Of a stretch of DNA of 64,000 nt, positions 5,878 through 11,436 are shown piece by piece. The stretch is from positions 946-64,945 of the IMG/VR virus record IMGVR_UViG_3300049211_000031; one strand, written 5' to 3'. A model generated the notes under the pieces. That model had not been told where the DNA came from. It did not search any database and saw only the letters and a program-made list of their open reading frames with translations. A program made the translations under genes and the position numbers. The stretch is from a virus (Duplodnaviria; Heunggongvirae; Uroviricota; Caudoviricetes). Numbering within the stretch: the stretch's first letter is position 1; every line of letters begins with the position of its first letter.

Positions 5878-5948
5878 GTGACTGAAGCTTTTGAGTAAAG
5901 TGCCTCTCTGTGAAAGAGGAGAATGGAGTGCGAGTCTCCACTGTCACC
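5878..5948 (+). tRNA. trnH: tRNA-His(GUG), no encoded G-1
   Basis: CCTCT-CT-GTG-AA-AGAGG; C73; base at -1 is T. Confidence 0.88.
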
Positions 5949-5952
5949 TTAT

Positions 5953-6025
5953 ACGGGATTCGTATAGTGGTTATTATCTCGGTCTCCAAAACCGTAGGAC
6001 AGATGTTCGAATCGTCTATCCCGTG
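5953..6025 (+). tRNA. trnW: tRNA-Trp(CCA)
   Basis: TCGGT-CT-CCA-AA-ACCG; G73. Confidence 0.9.
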
Positions 6026-6027
6026 CT

Positions 6028-6053
6028 AAAGCTCCTTAAAAGGGAGCTTTTTT
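6028..6053 (+). terminator. intrinsic terminator closing the tRNA region
   Basis: AAAGCTCCT-taaaa-GGGAGCTTT plus T run. Confidence 0.85.
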
Positions 6054-6082
6054 CATTTATTTTAAAAATAGTTTGTAAAATT

Positions 6083-6114
6083 CTTGACTTTGCCAAAAAT
6101 TTTCTGTAGCTTTG
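6083..6114 (+). promoter_or_regulatory. Bacteroidota-type promoter with no substantial ORF downstream
   Basis: CTTG 6083-6086, TAGCTTTG 6107-6114, 20-nt spacer. Confidence 0.6.
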
Positions 6115-6234
6115 TCAGCGCGGAGTCGCACTAACAAACCAACAGAGTGTCTGTTGAGCGCGAGAGTCGCAGAGAGTTTAGAATATGGGTAGAGAAGAGG
6201 TGTTAAGATAAGATTTAAGAAAATTACCAAATTA

Positions 6235-6266
6235 TTTGGAAAATTACAATAATAGTTCTATCTTTG
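6235..6266 (+). promoter_or_regulatory. promoter of the pre-terminase operon
   Basis: TTTG 6235-6238, TATCTTTG 6259-6266, 20-nt spacer. Confidence 0.85.
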
Positions 6267-6281
6267 TTAAGAATTTGAAAA

Positions 6282-6623
6282 ATGCAACTAGTAAAGATAC
6301 GAAAGAAAACCAGTAGTAAAGTAGAACAAGCTAAGACAATGATTAGCATTTTCTGTTTACTAACAAATATCAAACTGTCAGATACAGAGTTGACAGTACT
6401 TGCATATTTCATGGTGTATAAAATAAATAGAAAAACAAAAGATCTTATTCTAAGTGCAGGTATTCTAAAATCAGACGACAGTTTAAAGAACACTCTGTCT
6501 AAATTAAAGAAATTTGGAATGCTTGTTAGGAATATAGACAGTAAGGAGTATTCTCTAAGAAAGGAATTAGACTTTACACTCACTCCTGCAATGGGCGTTC
6601 TTATAAAAATTGATAATGCTTAA
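6282..6623 (+). CDS. putative winged-helix DNA-binding protein
   Basis: basic, helix-helix-beta hairpin pattern; family inferred by eye. Confidence 0.6.
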   Translation: MQLVKIRKKTSSKVEQAKTMISIFCLLTNIKLSDTELTVLAYFMVYKINRKTKDLILSAGILKSDDSLKNTLSKLKKFGMLVRNIDSKEYSLRKELDFTLTPAMGVLIKIDNA

Positions 6624-7138
6624 TGAAGGATATTAAGATAGTTTCAAGATTGGTAGCAAGAGAGTTTAACTATGATCCAGAGCTAACAGAGGATGTGAAT
6701 GACTTCTTCTGGAAAGAAACAAGAAAGATGCTATCTTCTATGGAATACACTTCAGTTTCAATCAAATGTCTTTGTACTCTCACTGTCTCTAAGAGAAAAG
6801 TAGATTACATAATAAAAAAGTTGATAGGAAAGATAAGGAATATTCGTAAGTCTACAAGATATAAAGAAAGTACAACAGCCCTCTTATTAGAAGTGAACTA
6901 TGACAAGCTAAGAAAAGCTTTAAAACAAAGAAATATATTAGCTAAACAATACTATGAAAATTACACTAAAAGGATTAGCAGAGTACGTGAAGCTTCTTCC
7001 AGCAATAATAGCGAACTCGGACAAGATATTAGAGGCAACATGGAATCAGGTGAAGAACGAGTTGGGGATGCTGAAAGAAGAGGAACAACAGGAAATAGTG
7101 AGGAGACGATTAATATGTGCAACATGCCCTTTCAATAG
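6623..7138 (+). CDS. putative HU/IHF-like DNA-binding protein with C-terminal tail overlapping the next gene
   Basis: N-terminal helical, basic region; crAss-like gene order. Confidence 0.55.
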   Translation: MKDIKIVSRLVAREFNYDPELTEDVNDFFWKETRKMLSSMEYTSVSIKCLCTLTVSKRKVDYIIKKLIGKIRNIRKSTRYKESTTALLLEVNYDKLRKALKQRNILAKQYYENYTKRISRVREASSSNNSELGQDIRGNMESGEERVGDAERRGTTGNSEETINMCNMPFQ

Positions 7139-7412
7139 CTCAAACGCTGTAAAGGATGGATATAAAACAAATAGGATTGATGAGCATTGTATAATGTGTG
7201 GATGTACAATAACAAGAAAAACAAACTCTCTTTCTTCAGATTGTGGAATATCTTGTTGTAATCCCGATTCAGAATGTAATTGTGCTAAAGAAAACGTTAA
7301 AAAATTTAATACAGAGAATAATATAGTAATTGAACCCAAATGGTTCAAATTTAAAAATCAAGAAGATGAGCAACAAACAAAGAATTCAGACGAAGCAACA
7401 GATATTCCATAA
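6954..7412 (+). CDS. Cys-rich putative Zn-binding protein
   Basis: RRRLICATCPF, CIMCGC, DCGISCC motifs. Confidence 0.75.
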   Translation: MKITLKGLAEYVKLLPAIIANSDKILEATWNQVKNELGMLKEEEQQEIVRRRLICATCPFNSSNAVKDGYKTNRIDEHCIMCGCTITRKTNSLSSDCGISCCNPDSECNCAKENVKKFNTENNIVIEPKWFKFKNQEDEQQTKNSDEATDIP

Positions 7413-7590
7413 CTTTGTGGAGATAGTAGAGTTGTTCCCTCAATACACCATAGCTCAACATATGGTACATGTATTACGCCCTCAAACAGGATGTTACCAG
7501 TGGACTGATGAAGAGCTTCTAAGAAAGTTTGAGAAATATAGGGATGAGCTTGAAACTGAATTAGTAGATAATATTAAAGAAGACGAGTAA
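7366..7590 (+). CDS. hypothetical protein (MSNKQRIQ...)
   Basis: ATG 7366 within ORF 7330..7590. Confidence 0.7.
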   Translation: MSNKQRIQTKQQIFHNFVEIVELFPQYTIAQHMVHVLRPQTGCYQWTDEELLRKFEKYRDELETELVDNIKEDE

Positions 7591-7763
7591 TGTTTCTAGC
7601 ATTCTTAGAATACTTTCCAAGTTACTTTAAATTCTATAGATGGATGAGAGGAGGTAATTGGAAATACGTTGTGTGTAAATTCCCAGCACCAATAAATGGA
7701 TGTTGGGTACACAACTCAGAAGCACTCTGGTGGGAACTTATTGAGAAAGAAGAGCAATATTAA
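7590..7763 (+). CDS. small aromatic-rich protein, 57 aa, absent from ORF track
   Basis: TAATG coupling; MFLAFLEYFPSYFKFYRWMRGGNW... Confidence 0.65.
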   Translation: MFLAFLEYFPSYFKFYRWMRGGNWKYVVCKFPAPINGCWVHNSEALWWELIEKEEQY

Positions 7764-7766
7764 AAA

Positions 7767-7925
7767 ATGCTAACTAGTTTTAAATGGTTTAGAAAATTAT
7801 CTAAAGGTTCTTGGTATTTGTACAGAAGTACAGGGCAGCTTCCAGGACTTTTTGGATGCTGGTGGTCAAGAACTAAACATCCAGAGCATAGATATTATTA
7901 TCTCTTAAGAGAAGAACATTACTAA
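7767..7925 (+). CDS. small aromatic-rich protein, 52 aa, likely paralog of 7590-7763
   Basis: MLTSFKWFRKLSKGSWYLY...GCWW. Confidence 0.65.
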   Translation: MLTSFKWFRKLSKGSWYLYRSTGQLPGLFGCWWSRTKHPEHRYYYLLREEHY

Positions 7926-7929
7926 AAAT

Positions 7930-8003
7930 TGCGGGGTGGACTGGAGAGGTGCCAGCTCGGTCTCATAAGCCGGATAACGAGAGTTCGATTCTCTCTCCCG
8001 CAA
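7930..8003 (+). tRNA. trnM: tRNA-Met(CAU), initiator-like
   Basis: acceptor TGCGGGG/TCCCGCA+A73; CT-CAT-AA loop; resembles bacterial fMet tRNAs. Confidence 0.8.
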
Positions 8004-8005
8004 CT

Positions 8006-8203
8006 ATGAAAATAGAAGTAGCCTATAACCCTCTATTTGATTATAACGGTCCATTCATTGAGAATGGGTATACATCAACTTTTATAGATTTCAGTGAGTA
8101 TGCACAAACTAACAATACAAGTTCCTGTCTACCAGTTCAAGTGTGTGGTGATAATCGACAAGGATGTAGAGAGGAAAGCGAACTCCTTCATAAGGAGAAA
8201 TAA
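8006..8203 (+). CDS. possible hypothetical protein overlapping the next gene by 104 nt
   Basis: ATG directly after tRNA; large overlap makes it doubtful. Confidence 0.35.
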   Translation: MKIEVAYNPLFDYNGPFIENGYTSTFIDFSEYAQTNNTSSCLPVQVCGDNRQGCREESELLHKEK

Positions 8204-8513
8204 GTGGAATGAAGACCTTCTTATTAAGGATGGTGACCAAGTCCACGGGTATGCAATAAATCCCGGACTTGTACACACCTACTACATCTTCTACTCAGAA
8301 GAAAGTGTAACACCCAATATTATAACACATGAAGTGTCGCATTTAGTAGACTATGTAATGGGTGACAAAGGTATGGTGGACACAGAAACAAGAGCCTACC
8401 TATCTGGATTTATAAATGAAAAGATATTTGATTACGTATTAAAGAATAAACTACTTATTAATAAATGGCTGGTAAAAGAAAACCTCAACTTGACAGAAAA
8501 CCTTCAAAAGTAG
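8100..8513 (+). CDS. putative zincin-like metalloprotein (HExxH)
   Basis: ITHEVSHL...ETRAYL motif. Confidence 0.7.
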   Translation: MHKLTIQVPVYQFKCVVIIDKDVERKANSFIRRNKWNEDLLIKDGDQVHGYAINPGLVHTYYIFYSEESVTPNIITHEVSHLVDYVMGDKGMVDTETRAYLSGFINEKIFDYVLKNKLLINKWLVKENLNLTENLQK

Positions 8514-8647
8514 AATCTGACACTTGGAAGCTTTCTCCAAGACAAATATTAATTCAAAAGCTAAATATGCTTTTATATGCAGCTCAGATTAATAGAATTA
8601 GTGATGTAGAAGCTAATGAATTATTAAGAATACTTTCGCATATGTAA
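8465..8647 (+). CDS. hypothetical protein
   Basis: ORF ending just before tRNA-Cys. Confidence 0.5.
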   Translation: MAGKRKPQLDRKPSKVESDTWKLSPRQILIQKLNMLLYAAQINRISDVEANELLRILSHM

Positions 8648-8650
8648 TCT

Positions 8651-8720
8651 GCACAGTTTAGTCTTGGAGGCTATTGCGTCTGCAAAACGTTTGGAATCAG
8701 TTCGAATCTGATACTGTGCT
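8651..8720 (+). tRNA. trnC: tRNA-Cys(GCA)
   Basis: GCGT-CT-GCA-AA-ACGT; acceptor GCACAGT/ACTGTGC; U73; short D loop. Confidence 0.88.
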
Positions 8721-8733
8721 CACAAAAACCAAT

Positions 8734-9015
8734 ATGACTAAAGAACGCATATTTATTGTTGGTGATGAAACAAGGATTCTTCAAGAAGAGGTGAGTCTTA
8801 GGCCTTATAATCTCACTGATGCAGATATTATTCATGCAGCTACAGTAATGTCTATTGCTAGATTTATATGGGATTACGAAGCTCGCCTTCAGGATCCTTC
8901 CTTCTATGCAGATATCCCTACATTTGAAATCCCAGAATATCCTAAAAAAGAACCATCGTTCTTTGATAGATTAAAAAGAAAACTAACATGGCTAAGAAAG
9001 TTAATTCATATATAA
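8734..9015 (+). CDS. hypothetical protein (MTKERIF...)
   Basis: ATG 8734 downstream of tRNA-Cys, within ORF 8674..9015. Confidence 0.7.
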   Translation: MTKERIFIVGDETRILQEEVSLRPYNLTDADIIHAATVMSIARFIWDYEARLQDPSFYADIPTFEIPEYPKKEPSFFDRLKRKLTWLRKLIHI

Positions 9016-9311
9016 GTGTTGAACTTGACTGGGCTGAGAATCAGCTCCAGTCTTGGAGGGACTATGTAGATGCTAATCCACTTCATCTATTAGAGGATAG
9101 ATGGGGTAAGAAAGAGATGCCTAAAGGTGGACATACATGGGTAGTAACAGCAACAAAAGAACAGCAAATTAAAGCTGTACAAGAAACAATGGTGAAATAT
9201 CTTCAGCTTCTTGAAGTGGTAGATAAACTTAGAGAGAAAGAAGAAGCTAAGGCTGAAGCTAAAGGGGATGCTGGTATTCCCAATAGAATGAAAAATAAAG
9301 ATGGAAATTAG
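8988..9311 (+). CDS. putative terminase small subunit
   Basis: helical protein overlapping the start of TerL; positional inference. Confidence 0.55.
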   Translation: MAKKVNSYISVELDWAENQLQSWRDYVDANPLHLLEDRWGKKEMPKGGHTWVVTATKEQQIKAVQETMVKYLQLLEVVDKLREKEEAKAEAKGDAGIPNRMKNKDGN

Positions 9312-11361
9312 AACCACAGAGTTTTTTAGAAATTTTAAAAATCTTCCACCTCCAGGTACAAAAGAGTTTGATGATCTAGTTGATTGGGAACTCGATAAGT
9401 GTTTTGGAGGTATTAACATTGGTGGTGTTCACATTCCAGGAATTCTCTATTCCTATCTAAATCACTGGAATATCATTGTCGATACAAAGGATAAATATGG
9501 AAACATTATTCGTACACCCAAGCATCCAGATTTACGTGATAATGAATGGGAACGTGCAGAATACTATGAAAAAGCACGACTTGCCCAAAAGGGATATATT
9601 GAAGTTGGTCTTCGACAAGGTGGAAAGTCAGAGTGGGAAGCGGGGCATATTGGGCTTTCAGCGACGCTCTTCGAGAATAGTCAAAATGTTCTGGTATCTG
9701 GAAATGGTGCTGACTTACGTATTATCACCGAGAAGATTGATTTTGGATGGAAGCATATGTGGGAAGGACTCAAAATCCCAAAACTAGATAAGGATTGGCG
9801 CAGACCTACTCTAAGACTAGGATTTAAAGATAAGAAGAATGAAGACCATGTGTGGAGCTGGATAATGATTCGTAATGCTGAAGAAGGCTTGAATACAGAA
9901 GCTGCAGCGGGTACAACAGCTAAAGCAGCAGTATTTGATGAGATTGGTAAATATCCATTCTCTCCAGTATTTGAGGCTCTTAAACCAGCCCTCTTATCGG
10001 AATTTGGATGGCGTTGTGTACCAATGCTTGTAGGAACAGGCGGTGCCTTCGAAAAAGGTGAGAACGCTGAACGTGTATTCTATCATCCTAGAGCTAACAA
10101 CTTCCAAGAAATAATTGATCCAGAAACAGGTAAAGAAACAGGACTTTTTATGTCAGGTCTTTATAGACAAGACTGTAAATTCTGGTCAAATCTCTATGAG
10201 TATCTTCTATGTAAAGGATATGATAATATAGGAGATGAACTCAAAGACATCGCTATTAAGGTGTCTGACAAAGAGAAAGCTAGGCAAAAGATTGAAGAAG
10301 AGCGTCTTGCCAAGTCTAAAGACCCAGATAAAACGGAGTACTTAAAACTTATAATGTACTACCCTCTTAATCCTAAGGAGTGTTTCTTATCAGGATCAAC
10401 AAACCCGTTCCCTATACAAGCCGCTCAAGATCATTTAGAATTCTTAAGACATAATAATATTACAGGACGTTACGTAAGATTTCATAGAGATTTAAATGGA
10501 AAAGTATACCACAAATTTGCAGAAGACCATGACAGACCAATTAGTGAGTTCCCTACAAAGGGCAACCTGGGTAAAGATTGTCCCGTTGTTATATGGGAAG
10601 AACCAATATCCAATTCTCCAAGAGGTCTATACATCGCGGGGGCTGACCCTTATAATCAGTCCGTGTCTGCGTGGTCAGACTCTTTGGGAACCGTCTGCAT
10701 CTGGAAAAGACAAATAGATGTGGCAGGTGAAACTTATCAAGATCAGGTAGTAGCATCTCTAGCTTCAAGACCTCTTACAATGAATGAGTGGCACGAACAA
10801 GTGGAAATGTTATTAGAATATTACAATGCTGTGTGCTTCCCTGAAAATGAAGCTGGTACATTTATTCAACACTTTGAGCGTAAGAACAAAGGACATCTTC
10901 TAGCAGAAGGATTTAATATTGCTAAAGAGATTAATCCTAATACAAAAGCTACTGGTGGTGGACGTATTTATGGACTAGCAGCTACAGTGAAGAATATTGA
11001 CTTCTGTATGTCTTTAATGTTGGACTACTGTAAAGAGCTAATCCAAGTAGGTACTAATCCAGAAACAGGCGAACCTATTATGAGGCTCGGAATTACACGT
11101 ATTAAAGACCCAATGCTCTTAGAAGAGATTATTAAATATGATAATGAAGGTAACTTTGACCGCGTTGTAGCATTTAGACATGCTTTAGCATACGCTAGAC
11201 ACTTAGATAAGTACTATCCTATAGTAAATATTAAGGAACAACCAAAGGCTACAGAGTTTAAAAGGAACCCTTTTACATCTTCTCCATTCTCACCAGTTAT
11301 GGGAGGATTTACAAAATCAAATAGTCCTTTCCCCAAAATGCCTAAGAATGTTATACGATAA
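9301..11361 (+). CDS. terL: terminase large subunit
   Basis: Walker A-like RQGGKS, Walker B VFDE, nuclease YIAGADPY and NFDRV. Confidence 0.92.
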   Translation: MEIRTTEFFRNFKNLPPPGTKEFDDLVDWELDKCFGGINIGGVHIPGILYSYLNHWNIIVDTKDKYGNIIRTPKHPDLRDNEWERAEYYEKARLAQKGYIEVGLRQGGKSEWEAGHIGLSATLFENSQNVLVSGNGADLRIITEKIDFGWKHMWEGLKIPKLDKDWRRPTLRLGFKDKKNEDHVWSWIMIRNAEEGLNTEAAAGTTAKAAVFDEIGKYPFSPVFEALKPALLSEFGWRCVPMLVGTGGAFEKGENAERVFYHPRANNFQEIIDPETGKETGLFMSGLYRQDCKFWSNLYEYLLCKGYDNIGDELKDIAIKVSDKEKARQKIEEERLAKSKDPDKTEYLKLIMYYPLNPKECFLSGSTNPFPIQAAQDHLEFLRHNNITGRYVRFHRDLNGKVYHKFAEDHDRPISEFPTKGNLGKDCPVVIWEEPISNSPRGLYIAGADPYNQSVSAWSDSLGTVCIWKRQIDVAGETYQDQVVASLASRPLTMNEWHEQVEMLLEYYNAVCFPENEAGTFIQHFERKNKGHLLAEGFNIAKEINPNTKATGGGRIYGLAATVKNIDFCMSLMLDYCKELIQVGTNPETGEPIMRLGITRIKDPMLLEEIIKYDNEGNFDRVVAFRHALAYARHLDKYYPIVNIKEQPKATEFKRNPFTSSPFSPVMGGFTKSNSPFPKMPKNVIR

Positions 11362-11380
11362 CCATAATATGTTATTCCAG

Positions 11381-11419
11381 TTACACAAAAAAATAACCGA
11401 TAATAATTTCTTATATTTG
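11381..11419 (+). promoter_or_regulatory. variant promoter (TTAC-N27-TATATTTG, no -33 TTTG)
   Basis: TTAC 11381-84, TATATTTG 11412-19, upstream of portal. Confidence 0.55.
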
Positions 11420-11436
11420 CGGGTTTAAGACACAAT

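Noticed and set aside
3842-6025. Absence of encoded CCA ends as a sign of pseudogenes
   Set aside because: It is uniform across all tRNAs and can be repaired by a host CCA-adding enzyme, so it is not evidence of decay.
3874-6109. ORF-track ORFs across the tRNA arrays (e.g. 3874-4074, 4394-4501 extension, 4758-5093, 5343-5594, 5613-5989, 5891-6109)
   Set aside because: They overlap well-formed tRNA genes and are shadow frames; only the three short promoter-proximal leaders are supported.
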